Shown here one piece after another: positions 25,481 through 38,329 of a stretch of DNA of 64,000 nt. A program made the translations under genes and the position numbers. Every line of letters begins with the position of its first letter. The first letter of the stretch is position 1. Source of the stretch: Octopus bimaculoides (taxonomy: Eukaryota); the NCBI RefSeq assembly GCF_001194135.2, contig NC_068988.1, positions 68,935,345 through 68,999,344 on the forward strand, read 5' to 3'. The notes under the pieces are model-generated. The model made no database searches, was not told the DNA's origin, and worked only from the letters and a program-made list of their open reading frames with translations.

Positions 25481-26544
25481 CTTGCTTATGTGTAGATATA
25501 ACCATTGGCTAGGTGCTTCTCACCAAAAGAAGAGCGTCCTAATGAAAGTATTCCAGCTAATCTCTCTTGGTGTATTAGTGCTGATGGCATAATGGCAAAC
25601 AGTTCCTTGTTTTATAAGACTAAGGCAGTGTTTTAATTTGCATCCAAGGATCTTAACATTAAAGACAAAAAGGGTCCATCTGTAGTTTATGTCTTGGACA
25701 AGACTGTTTTATCGATTTTGTTCCATCAAAATAATTCTCATCTTTCACACATCATATATCTTGACTGAATAATTGATAGATTAGAAATATAACTAATTGT
25801 AAAAAATTTCACAGACATATCTAAGCTTTTAGAATCAAAGAAACTTTGCTAACATCATTAAAACAAAGTAAATTCAGAGGAGCCAACTCAGTTTATGGCA
25901 GATGCTTAGTTCAATTCCACCCACCTGATATTTTCCACCCACTGTTCCTAGGATGGTCATGGGTGCAAAGTCCTCAGGCAACCCCTCTTTAGAGTCCTAT
26001 CAGAAGCAACCATCACTAGACTCTCTGGCTGGATTCCCAATCATGAACAATTGAAACTATGGATATTATCCAGCAATCTCACTCTTGGTCTACTTCTAAG
26101 TCCCCTGCATGGCTTGAAAGATCGATCTTGCAATTCTTTCCTGTAATATTCTTATCACATCTGTAGTAACTCATCAATGTAGAGTAGAAGGTGATTATGT
26201 TCACATTTTCTGCTTGTTTAAGGCAAATCTACTCAATATTCCAAGAGATAATTATTTATACCTTCATTTGAATTTGAGCTTCTGCCAAAAACTTGTTTGA
26301 AAAATGAATATTGTTTTTTTTTTTTCTCACATATGTTCAGTTTAGGTTTAAGAAAAAACAGGATATCTCATACATCCACTCTCTAAAACTCTGTATAGTA
26401 TAAAAGAAATGTTATTTCTGGTTGCTCTGTGAAAGTAGTTAGTAACACTTTTCAGATATATTGACATATTACTTATCTTCATCGTCATAGCATTATCTCA
26501 TTAAAAATTAAAGAACATTCAGATTAATAACAGTTAGGTATTCA

Positions 26545-26925
26545 GACAGGAGTGGCTGTGTGGTAAGAAGCTTGCTTCCCAAACACAGTCCCACATTATG
26601 GCACCTTGGGTAAGTGTCTTCTATTATAGCCTTGTGCCTTGTGAGTGGATTTAGTAGATGAAAATTAAAAGAAGCTTGTCATGTGTGTGTATGTGTGTTT
26701 TTATATGTGTCCGTGTTTGTCCCCTGCCACTGCTTGACAACTGGTGTTGGTGTGTTTATATCCCTGCAACTTAGAAGTTCATTGAAAGAGACCAATAAAA
26801 TAAGTACCAGGTTTAACAAAAAAAAAGAAACAAAAATAAAAAGTACTGGGATTGATTCATCCATCTAAAATTCTTCAACACAGTGTCCCAGCATGGCTAC
26901 AGTCTAATGACTGAAACAAGTAAAC
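26545..26925 (+). mobile_element. CORE-type SINE
   Basis: Head, ACCTTGGGTAAGTGTCTTCTA CORE-like motif, GT tract, 3' module. Confidence 0.78.
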
Positions 26926-27327
26926 TTGTAAAGAGAGATATCTGATACATTTTTCATTATTTCACATCAGACAACAAAGGGCAGTAACTTATCCTAATAA
27001 ACATATCACAACTGTCATTATGCTTATTCCCTGTATCATAATTAGGATCCACATTATTATAGTCACTAGACAGTGGATAGGAAAATAAGTACAAGAGCTG
27101 ACAGGGATGACAGAGCAATAGAACAGCAGCCCAGATACCTTACAGCATTTAGTTACACTGCTTAACATTTTGAGTTTTCATTAAATAAATATCGCAGTCA
27201 AGGCCTGAAGGCAAGGTATTTGTTTATATATCCTCTTGGATATACACAAAACATATACATATATTCATATACCTACCTGTCTCTCCCACACTCTGTGTGA
27301 GTGTATGTGTGTGTATCTATCTATCTA

Positions 27328-27390
<63 letters not shown>

Positions 27391-28078
27391 TTGTTTAAAA
27401 GAGTTCCAACACTGTCTGTTTTTTATGTTTTATTTATATTCCTGCAGAACCAATGTGGGGTATAGAATATGNNNNNNNNNNNNNNNNNNNNNNNNNNNNN
27501 NNNNNNNNNNNNNNNNNNNNNNNNNNNNNNNNNNNNNNNNNNNNNNNNNNNNNNNNNNNNNNNNNNNNNNNNNNNNNNNNNNNNNNNNNNNNNNNNNNNN
27601 NNNNNNNNNNNNNNNNNNNNNNNNNNNNNNNNNNNNNNNNNNNNNNNNNNNNNNNNNNNNNNNNNNNNNNNNNNNNNNNNNNNNNNNNNNNNNNNNNNNN
27701 NNNNNNNNNNNNNNNNNNNNNNNNNNNNNNNNNNNNNNNNNNNNNNNNNNNNNNNNNNNNNNNNNNNNNNNNNNNNNNNNNNNNNNNNNNNNNNNNNNNN
27801 NNNNNNNNNNNNNNNNNNNNNNNNNNNNNNNNNNNNNNNNNNNNNNNNNNNNNNNNNNNNNNNNNNNNNNNNNNNNNNNNNNNNNNNNNNNNNNNNNNNN
27901 NNNNNNNNNNNNNNNNNNNNNNNNNNNNNNNNNNNNNNNNNNNNNNNNNNNNNNNNNNNNNNNNNNNNNNNNNNNNNNNNNNNNNNNNNNNNNNNNNNNN
28001 NNNNNNNNNNNNNNNNNNNNNNNATTCCTCTATACACAATCATACAAAAAAACCACCTTTTTTGTATTTATTTTTACT

Positions 28079-28119
<41 letters not shown>

Positions 28120-28384
28120 TAAGTCTTAGGGTAGCAAAAAATTAAGAAATTTAATTTACTACCAGTGGTGTAGCGAGAAAAAAATTAGTCAACAGAATAT
28201 ATATTACTCATGTAAAATACAATGTACATTAGAGATGCCCATAAAAGGACATCTGACCCACTAGAAAGAGCAGCCAAAGCTCTACACCACAAAATTAGGG
28301 ATAATTTCGAAAGGAATGAAAAATAAAAACATTTACCATCTAAATTTTGGAACAAGTTTCAAGTTATTTTAGCAAAACAAACTA

Positions 28385-28606
28385 TTTTGCAAGGCCAACA
28401 ATCATCAGCGAAATAGCCTAGATTGACATGTATGCACGAGGCACAACATAGAGAGCATGACTTGTGCATATATGTCTAATTTTTCAAAAATTACCGCGGA
28501 TGTGCGGAATACCTAATCGGCAGCAACAAGTCATGTTCTTTATGTTGTGCCTCGTCCATACATGTCGATCTAGGCTATTTCGCTGATGATAGTTGGCCTT
28601 GCAAAA
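28385..28606. repeat. Long inverted repeat (81 bp arms, 60 bp spacer)
   Basis: 28385-28465 is the reverse complement of 28526-28606 with about five mismatches. Confidence 0.9.
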
Positions 28607-28734
28607 NNNNNNNNNNNNNNNNNNNNNNNNNNNNNNNNNNNNNNNNNNNNNNNNNNNNNNNNNNNNNNNNNNNNNNNNNNNNNNNNNNNNNNNNNNNNNN
28701 NNNNNNAAGGAAACACAATTATGACACTACCACA

Positions 28735-28920
28735 TTTATTCGATATGACCACCTCTTTTTTTAATCACAAACCTTAAGTCCAGGTGGAAATGCTTCACAT
28801 GTAGCATCCAGCTGTTCTTTCAGAATTGATGCCCACTCTTGGCACAGTTTTGCCTTCAGAGTGTTGAGCAAAGCATGAGGATTGCTTCAGATTCCTCATT
28901 TGTTTCCCCCATTGTCTTTT
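28735..28920 (-). mobile_element. Tc1/mariner transposase C-terminal relic
   Basis: LKAKLCQEWASILKEQLDATCEAFPPGLK...KRGGHIE*, typical mariner-group C-terminal helix and GGH ending. Confidence 0.7.
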
Positions 28921-29739
28921 TAAAGTTTGTAGTGCAAAAAAAAAAACATTAATTTTAAAAAATCTTTTTTCATAAACAGTTTCCCCCATCATTTCAAAGG
29001 CAGTTGTTAAAAAAAGGATTAGAAAAATCCCCATCAAAATGGAGAATCTCTAACTTATGTGGGCGTCCTAATCTGAAGCTCCACTGGCTATGGATATGTT
29101 TAATAGTCCATTAGAATTTTATTGAAATAGTATCATGTCCCAAAATCTCAGGATTTATTTAGTTCTATACCTACTGTGGTTTGTACTTTTGGATTTAGCT
29201 AGGTCTGAAAACACTGTGAAATTGATTGTTTGTTACATGCAACAAAATAAGTTTTACATAAATATTTTTAAAAATTGTCAAAACAAAGTTTCATTTTCAA
29301 GAACCTGAAAAGAAATAGGTGACTGCTATTGCATGCATACTATTAATTTGTGTAATTTGAAGATGATTATCACTTCAGTTTCAAAGTTATAACCTCACAA
29401 ATATGGCTAATTATTCATTCAAGCCTAATTTGGAAATATTTCAACTTGTCCTATCTCATAAAATATTCATTCAAATTTCACAAATGAGGTATCAAGATGT
29501 TTCTTTTTGGATGCTCTCCAAGAATAAGTACAGTAGAAGTTAGATTTAAATATTTCCATATATACATAGTGATACCTAGTTATAAGTTATCTCAAAGCTC
29601 TAAATTGAAACTATATCTCTGCTTACTCAGCTAGTTATCTCATGAGGATGGATAAAATTTGTACCAGTAATGTATTGGCCAAGTCACTTGATGTTCAACA
29701 CTAGATGATTATTGATTTATTAACTACATTGTGGTTGTC

Positions 29740-29995
29740 CCTGCATACAGGCATGTACCTTGCATCCCTTTTCAGCTGAGCGATCCTAATCTTGCAGGCC
29801 CATGGGTGCTGTGTTAAAACACCCAGTACACTCTGTAAAGTGATTGGCATTAAGAAGGACATCCAGCCATAGAAACCATGCAAAAACAGACATGTAGCCC
29901 AGGCACCTCTTCTGTTGGCCAGCTCCTGTCAAACCCTCCAACACATGCTAGTGTGAAGAATGGATGTTAAATGACGCGTATGATGATGATGATCT
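29740..29995 (+). mobile_element. RTE-tail/V-domain-like element
   Basis: GTGATTGGCATTAAGAAGGACATCCAGCC motif and (GAT)n tail. Confidence 0.7.
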
Positions 29996-30902
29996 GTGTA
30001 ATAAGTGAATTATTATTTGTGGCTATGTAAAAACTTATATATCAGCTATGGCTGTGTAATAACTATAATAGTTTATTAAATACAGTTGCATAATTGTTGA
30101 CTCATATGTTGTTTTTCTATAACAACTGATACATCAGCTATGGTTTTGTAATAACTTATTAGCTATGACTGTCTAATAGCTTCTTTATTTACTATAGTTG
30201 CATAATAGCTGATATATTAGCAACATTTGGTAATTACTGATCAATCAATACTGACCAACATTATGCAAAGTAGTGGTAACAAAATGTATTTTCCCCACCC
30301 TCTGTTTCTGCTGTATATTTCTGGGATCTTTGATTTTCTATTTACAATTCTGCTCACTAGATTTTAACTTCAGGCATTTCAATATAATTATGTTGCTTCA
30401 AAAATTTAAGCTTGACAGATTGAAGACAAAACAAAATGAAAATTATCTGGTCTCTGAAATTGTTAGAAAACTGACAGAAAGATGTAAAACTCTGTTGTGC
30501 TTAAAGCAAAAATGTTAAAACATCATCATGATGTAAGAGATTCCATTGTTGAGAAAACTTTCTCATTCCTTGGAAAGAATGTGGATATATTTATACAATT
30601 CAGCAAAGTTTAGATGAGAGATAACATTATCATTGTATCATGTGTCCAATTTGAAAATACAAATATGCTAAAGAAAAAAAACCTCAGTGATATCTAGATA
30701 AAGTTATGTCATATATAAAAGGTTAATTTTCAACAGTGAAAGTAAAATCCTGCACCAGTACAAAAACTTTTTTTAATATATTTAGAAATTGTCCCAGATT
30801 TATATATTTGAAATTAATTATTTATTAATTCTGTATATTATATTTATTCTAATTACAACTAGCATGGCAACTTATTAAAATTAAATAATTGCAAGAGTTT
30901 TA

Positions 30903-32110
30903 CTTTTATATCATCACCATCATCATTTAACGTCTGTTTTCTATGCTGGCATGTGTTGGGTGATTAGACAGAACTAGTAAGCCAGGGAGCTGCACCAAGT
31001 TCCAATCTGATTTGGCATGGCTGGATGCCCTTCCTAACTCTAACCACTCCAAGAATTTAGTGGGTTCTCTTTACATACCACTGGCATAGGTGCCAGTTAT
31101 GTGACACCAGCAGCAGCTCTGACTACAATCTCACTTGGCTAGATAGATCTTCTCAAGCACAGTGTATCACCAAAAGTCTTGGTCACCTGTCACTGCCTCT
31201 GCAAGGCTCAACGTTCAAAGAGTGCATTTTACAAGCCACTACCATGGGTGCCAGTCACACAGCACTGGCATCAGCCACAACTACGATTTCACTTGGCTTG
31301 ACAGGTCTTCTCAAGTACAGCATATCACCCAACGTCTGTAGGGTGCTTTTTACATGCCAGTTAAGCAACATTGGCATTGACCATGACTACAATCTCACTT
31401 GGCTTGACAGGTCTTCTCAAACATAAAATATTACCAAAGGTCTCAGTTGCCTGTCATTGGCATTGTGAGGTCTGACTTTCGAAGTTCATGCTTCACCACC
31501 TTGTCCCATGACTTCCTGGGTTTGTCTCTTCCACAGGCTTCAGCCACCATTAGAGTGTGGCACTTCACACAGCTGTCCTCGTCCATACACATCAGATGAC
31601 CATAGCAGTGCAGTTATCTCTTTTGTACAGCATATCGGTTGCCTCTTATGCCCAACTTTTCACTCAAGACACTTACACTCTGTTGTGCATGCACACTGAC
31701 ATTGCACATTCAGCGAAGTATACTAACTTCATTTCTTACAAGTCTATGCATGTCCTAAGTGGTCACATCCCATGTTTCACTGTCACGTAGCATGGCTGTT
31801 CACACATGAGCATCATTCAATCTGTCTTTCACTCTGAGGGAGAGGTCATTTCTTACCAGCAGAGGTTGGAACTCTCTGAACTTTGCCCAGCATATTCTTA
31901 TTCTAGCAACTACACTCTCAGAGCATCCACCCTAGCTACTGAAGCTGTCAACTACTTCTAATTTTCCCTCTTGACATTTGATAGAGTCTATTTTCTGTAC
32001 ATTTCTAGTGTTAATTGTACCTGTGCACATTCCACACACAAAACTATTTTCCCTGTTAACCATCCTCTGATATTGTTGCACCCTTATGTGTCCAAAGCTT
32101 ACACTAGGTA
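30903..32110 (-). mobile_element. 5'-truncated RTE-clade LINE: ORF2 C-terminus + repetitive 3' UTR + (GAT)n
   Basis: Minus strand gives GCSESVVARIRICWAKFRELQPLL...SETW...GHLMCMDEDSCVK...GRDKPRKSWDKVV (RTE-type GRPRK-W ending) with stops, continuing into the V-domain-like UTR. Confidence 0.82.
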
Positions 32111-33243
32111 GATCTTAGGGAGTTTCTTATATTGTGCCATGTTTGTACTATACTATGTTATACTATATATATATGTAGATATATGTATGTATGTATGTAT
32201 GTATGTATAAGAGAGGAAAAGAGAAAGAGAGAGTGAGAGAGGAGAGACAAGAGAGGGAGAAATCACATGTATAGTAAATTTATACTATAGCATAAGTTAT
32301 TACACCATGTTTGTATTAAACTATGATAGATTATAACATACTTACGTCATATATGTATTAGATTATGTTTATAGAAAATCTGTCTCTAAAAAACAGCTCA
32401 GGACTATTACTATACAGTTGTATATCAATTGTTATTCCTTATACGAGACATTGTTACATGAAAAACATAAATACGATGTTTCATAAAAGACCAATTAATT
32501 TGTTTGTTGTATGGTGACATATGTAATTAATTATATCCAATGTCATCAAATTTGATTATGTATTAAGATAATTTGGACAAGAAAATCTATTATCTTATGA
32601 CTAATTTTGATCATAAAGTAATAACATAAATAGGTGAACAATGCCATCTTGATATATTTAATCCACATATGTCAATGAGATCAGAACTAAGTTGGTGCTA
32701 AAACATCACAACAACGATGGCACTGGTGTTGATAAGAACAGCACCAGCACCACTACCACGAACAACCCAGACAATTAGAACAGTACACAATTCAATTTGT
32801 CAAATTATTTTGAAAACCTTGAGGTGCCACATTGACACCTCATGGTTACAATTATCTCTTTGGAGACACTTCTGATTCATTTTCACTTCCTCCCCTAAAT
32901 ATGAGTAACCACGTAGCTCTTCAACAAGAATCTGCTCTGTCCTACTCCTACTCTCATACCTTCGTCCTTTCCCCTATCTAACATAAGGATGTACCCACCC
33001 CCATCTCCTCAGATGTTGTAAGCTTGCAAGCCGAATGGTGACACTGTAATATATTTGATATTAAGAAGGGTATTCAGTGGTAGAAATCATGCCATAACAG
33101 ACACTGGAGCATGCTGCAGTTCTTGGGTCCACTGGCTTCTGTCCAACTGTCTAACCCATGCCAGACTGGAAGACAGTTGTTAAATGATGACGATGATACT
33201 ATGTCAGTACACTACACAAATTATATTCTTTGTTTATTTTTAG

Positions 33244-33312
33244 ATAGTTTCAGACCAGATGGCTTCTCCCATTCCATCACCACTCCCAAGATTATTTGCT
33301 AATTCTTACTGA
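33244..33312 (+). CDS. Candidate terminal exon (IVSDQMASPIPSPLPRLFANSY*)
   Basis: Acceptor ttctttgtttatttttag; phase 0, compatible with 24224-24249. Confidence 0.25.
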   Translation: MVSDQMASPIPSPLPRLFANSY

Positions 33313-34149
33313 GCATTGCAATTAATTAAAACAGCAAAAAGATAGCAATGTTATCAGTAAATAATCGAAATATTATCGTATAATTTGTATCTTAGAAAGC
33401 TGAAGGGATTGCTTTTTGCAGCTACAGACTAAAATGTCATTGAATAACAAGTGGTTTGATGTGGTATTTAAATACATCAACTGAGCCAGACAGATGAGAG
33501 GACAGTGAAATATGTGGAGATATATGTAATTAGAGACTATTTTGTCACTGTATTTGGTGTTAGAAAACATTGATATGTGAAGAAACAGAAAGTTGTCTAA
33601 TATAAATATATAGTTTGATGCAGCAAAAGAATAAATGACAGGAACAGATATAAAAGTCATTAGTTAAAGTATTACATACAATTGCCTGATCAATATCTAA
33701 GCAGCTAAGTACATAGTAATTATTTAAATGTTTGTGGTGGCTTTTATTGAGCATATGATGGATGAGAGCATTGTAAATAGATGTATTTTGATGTTTGATC
33801 TTTAAAGGAAATGTGATTATACAAAATTTTACATCATATTTAACTAATTAAAGCATAAACAAGGATTTCATTTTAAAGTTACAACAAAGTTTTATGAATA
33901 TTTTAAAATCTTTGCTGAGATAACTGTCATTTTCTAATATCTCTCTCAGATTAAAATGAACTGCTGGCATATCTGTAGAAAATTATCACTTCTATTATGC
34001 CAAACTGATCACATGAATTAGAAAATTATCAAAAGTTTAACTAAAAGAGAAACCTAAAATAATTCTAAAGTTGATCAAGTTTGTTATTCCACAAACATTA
34101 TGCATTAAAATAGAAAGATTTTTATTACTTAATAAATTTTTAGTGGAAG

Positions 34150-34700
34150 GATGGCAGTTTCGATGATCTTTGTAGGGCCTTGGAGATTGATGACGCTGAT
34201 ATACTATTAACGTTCCAAACAAACTGCTACAGGTCAATACAAGCAGAAAAATACATGAATAAAGAGAAGATTCCAAAGGGTTGATGTTTTCGCAAGAAAG
34301 GGATGGATATAGAGGCAAGAGCTGGGCTGGTGGAGTTGGATACAACAAGGGTGGTAAATGGTGCAAAGATAAACAAGTTGAAAGTACCTGAGAGAAGAAG
34401 ACATAAGGTCAACCAGCTCCATTATTGTTGTGATAGAAAAGACAGTAAAGATAGCATGGCTGGCGGATTAAGGTAAGAGCATGGTTTTGAGTCTAAGGTT
34501 GGTGCATGTCTGATAGTGGTTTAATGACAATCAGTCAAGTAGTCCTCCTCTGGATGTGGTTCAGAATGTCTGTTAGTGAAGCAACTGCAGCAGAATTATT
34601 TCTGACATGGGAACAGAACTCCAGTGTTTGATTCACTTGTGTCTTGAAGAGCGTCAGTAAATGTTTGGGGATGAAATTTCTTCTGGCCTTCAAGAAAAGG
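34150..34700 (-). mobile_element. CR1/L2-group LINE RT C-terminal relic
   Basis: Degenerate translation ...LFKTQVNQTLEFCSH...NHIQRRTT...HPCCIQLHQP...FLAKTSTLWNLL resembles the post-RT tail of CR1/L2/Crack LINEs. Confidence 0.6.
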
Positions 34701-35838
34701 ATTAATCATTGGGATAAAAACCTAGTCATATATACATACATACATACATACATACATACAAGCATCAATGCATGTATGTGTGTATATATGTAATTATATG
34801 TGTGTGGGTATGTGTTTGTGCATCTACAAAAGTTGTGATGTTCAGCCAGTGTTTCTGTTGTCAGTTCTCTCAACAAATCATTCCCTGACTTCATATCCTC
34901 AAAACCATTTGGAATAAAAGATCCCTTACCTAAAGAACAGATATGGGTTACTGTCATGAAGAGCATATGGTTGTAAACCAATTTCTCAATAACATATTCT
35001 TCAAACTCATGCAAGAATGGAAAAATGTATGGAAAACTAAGAAATGGAGGGAATAAGAGAATTACGCCATGAAAGTATTCTGTCTACTAAATATGAATGC
35101 AGTTCCTTCATTATGATATACATAACCAGTGGGAGTTAACAATACAAAGACAACAGATGCACAAAGATGATAGTGGGTTTTTCTTCAATTCATTTACAGC
35201 CTTAAACCAGAAAAAATATTTGAATAATTCAAATGTAAATTTTTCTTCCATATTTGTTGTTGCCTTAACTTGTTGCAGAATAAAGTAAATTATTAGTAAT
35301 GAGAAAAGCTTTTTGAGCAGCATTCAGACATACCTCAGAGCTGGAAGAAGTTTCCATGTATAAATTTGCTTATTTTCATATGTCCTTCAATTCTATTTTC
35401 ACTGGAGACTGGATAATATAGATATTTTATTTCATTATGTCGTAAGAAGTTTATTTCTCAACCACATGGTTCCAGGGTCAGCCTCATTGTGCAACACCTT
35501 AGGCAGGTGTCTTCTGCTGTAATCCTGGGCTGACCAACAACTTTTACATATGGTGCTAATACAGCTTACCTTCATTTTTTCCAGTGAAAGAAACTTTTGT
35601 ATATCCTGAATTGTCTATCACCGAGAGATAATGTTCATACTTTAGACCAGCAGATTATTGCATATTTATTCTGGGAAATATCATGCAATCTTTTTTAAAA
35701 ATCAGAGAAGCTATGCCTATATTTTACAGATAACTTCCATCACTTTACCATCCTAATTTTAAAACTATATTCAATGAAATAGAATTTGCTTGAGAGAGGG
35801 AATATAGTCAGTAAATATATATACAAACACACACATAT

Positions 35839-36245
35839 ATACGAGGTGCATTAAAAAGGTATCTGACTTTTATTTTTTCCCTGCAAAACTAATGCTGCAT
35901 GAGCAAAATCCTTTGCATGGGAGGTGATGCCACCCGTCCTGCACATGCGTGAAAATGTTCGTGTTGGTAGGCTATTCAGTTCCTGGTTGTTATGCCTAGA
36001 GTACAGACATGTAGTGTGCACTCGTTAGACTTTTATTTTCATGCAAGATGACCGAACACAACAAGCAGAGACTATAAACTCATGTCTCATTGTCAGTCCA
36101 GCATGTACTGAGTGATTTCCATGCAGATTTTCTCACATGGAAATCACTCAGGACGTGCTAGACTGGACTGTCCAAACCATGACACAGGCTTTATGAAGAC
36201 CATCATCAATGGTAATGAGACATGGGTTTATGGTCTCTGCTCGAT
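35839..36245 (+). mobile_element. Internally deleted mariner element
   Basis: TA-CGAGG terminus (TACGAGGTGCATTAAAAAGG) and FMKTIINGNETWVYG, a decayed I(V/I)TGDETWVY first-D motif. Confidence 0.75.
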
Positions 36246-36582
36246 GTATTCAGTCATCTTGCCAGAAAACAAAAGTCCACTAAATTTCCACAGCTATAGA
36301 TAGGCATTTTCTGAAGTCAAGCAAATAACATAGAATTTTTAACCTACACACTTTTAGATTAGCTTTCTCCACCAGCAAAATCTTTTCACAAATTATAGTG
36401 GCACTTAACAATAGGAGACTATCTGAATTCCAGAACAAAATAGACCAATGTAAAGTAGGTAATAGAAATAATAGTAGTAATAATACACATAATGATAATA
36501 CTCATAAAGCGGAAAAGGTAGATAGCTAACAAAGTGAGATTTTGAATAAAACACCTATAGTCAACTACAGGGCAACACATAC

Positions 36583-36656
36583 CAGAAGGAAGGCGGATGA
36601 GGGAAGGGAGACAGCCATTACATTTCATAACATAGCTGGTCCAGAAAAAGTAAACA
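36583..36656 (-). CDS. Candidate exon (VYFFWTSYVMKCNGCLPSLIRLPS), product unknown
   Basis: Strong acceptor ttatttttcttcttatttcatctag, donor CTG|gtatgt, single open frame (phase 2 to 1). Confidence 0.4.
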
Positions 36657-36961
36657 CTAGATGAAATAAGAAGAAAAATAACATAGAAATTCGTGATTAT
36701 TGCTGAAATGGTAACATTAGTAGATATGCAGAAAGGGAATCAGAGGAGTCATCTAATTCTGGACCCAATAGCACAGCCTAGGGTTGATATCAATAAAAAG
36801 TCCTTGTAGCTATGGTGGAAACTGAACCTGTCCGTTAAACAGTTAATATTTTTATTGGTTTGCTGTGTTTGTACATGAAAGCGAAGGCTTTGTAGGACCG
36901 AAAGATACTGTCATTTCTGTATAGTCAATCCTACCCAAAACTGTCATATTGATATTTCGGC

Positions 36962-37379
36962 GTAGGAGCAGCTGTGTAGTAAGTAGCTTGCTTATGAACC
37001 ACATGGTTCCGGGTTCTGTCCCACTGCATGGCACCTTCGGCAAGTGTCTTCTACTATAGTCTTGGGCCGACCAAAGTCTTGGGCCGACCAAAGTCTTGTG
37101 AGTGGATTTGGTAGATGGAAACTGAAAGAAACCCGTCGTATATATGTATATATATATATTTATATATATGTATGTGTGTTTGTGTGTCTGTGTTTGTCCC
37201 CCCAACATCGCTTGACAACCGATGCTGGTGTGTTTACGTCCCCGTAACTTAGCGGTTCGGCAAGAGAGACGGATAGAATAAGTACTAGGCTTATCCTGGG
37301 GTTGATATGCTCGACTAAAGGTGGTGCTCCAGCATGGACACAGTCAAATGACTGAAACAAGTAAAAGAGTAAAAGAGTA
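36962..37379 (+). mobile_element. Young, complete CORE-type SINE
   Basis: CpG-rich head with A/B boxes, CORE-like GGCACCTTCGGCAAGTGTCTTCTACT, TA/TG tract, 3' module and (AAAAGAGT) tail; 17 bp internal tandem duplication. Confidence 0.9.
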
Positions 37380-38300
37380 ATGGATAAATATTCAAAAAAG
37401 AAAGATATTAGAGATGAGGCTAAGTCCAGAGGCAAACAACCATCAACCTCTATTATCAAAAAGAGAAACATTAATCAACAATATTGTGATAATTATTTGA
37501 AATTTGGATTTTATTGGTCTGTTGACGTTCACAAACCAAGTCAACCATGTGTAGTGTGCGATGAAACAATGTCGAATGATTCCATGGTACCAAGTAAGTT
37601 AGAAACACATTTTAATTCAAAACATTCATCTCTGAAAGATAAAATGCTTGATTACTTTCAAAGACTGTTAGAGCAGAAATCAAAACAGCAAAGTTATTTT
37701 GCGAAAATAATGACCATGTCTGAACAAGCCCAGCAAGTGTCAAATCAGGAAGCTGAAATGATAGCATTAACATCTAAATCCCACATGCTTGCTGAGTCAG
37801 TCATCCACCGAGCTTGCAAAAAGATGGTAAAATCCATGTTTGGTGAATAGACTGAGAAGGAATTGAACAATATCTCATTTTCAAATGATACAATATGTAG
37901 AAGAATATTGAAAATTATAGAAGAAAATGTTCAGAAAAAGCTTAAGAATTCTAACTTTGCTTTAACCATGGATGAATCCACTGACATCAGTAATAAAAGT
38001 CAATTGCTTGAATTTGTACATTTTATTGACAAGAATGAAATAATCAATCATTTTTTTGTGCTGTAAAGAAATGTCCACAACTACAAGAGGTCAGGATATT
38101 TTTGATTTGATAACTGGCTACCTCAAAGAAATGAATTTGTCTTGGAGGTCCTGTGTTGGCATTTGCACCAACGGAGCCCCATGCATGACAGGCTGTATTA
38201 AAGGATTTGTATCCAAATCTCATTCATACTCATTGCTTTCTACCTTGAGAAGTTCTTGTTTCAAAAATATCGCAGGAAGATTTAAAGGTTGTGTTACATC
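37380..38300 (+). mobile_element. hAT Buster/Charlie-type (ZBED5/SCAND3-like) transposase relic, 3'-truncated
   Basis: YLKFGF...PCVVCDETMSNDSMVPSKLETHFNSKH (BED-like finger), SNDTICRRI, FALTMDESTDISNKSQLL, CVGICTNGAPCMTG; one stop and one frameshift. Confidence 0.9.
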
Positions 38301-38329
38301 AAGTTGTCGGAATGGTCAATTATATAAAC

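Noticed and set aside
27236-28129. Long ORFs of 200-350 aa here and at 49907-50965, 5720-6179, 1383-1665
   Set aside because: They are open only because they span N gaps and (TA)n tracts.
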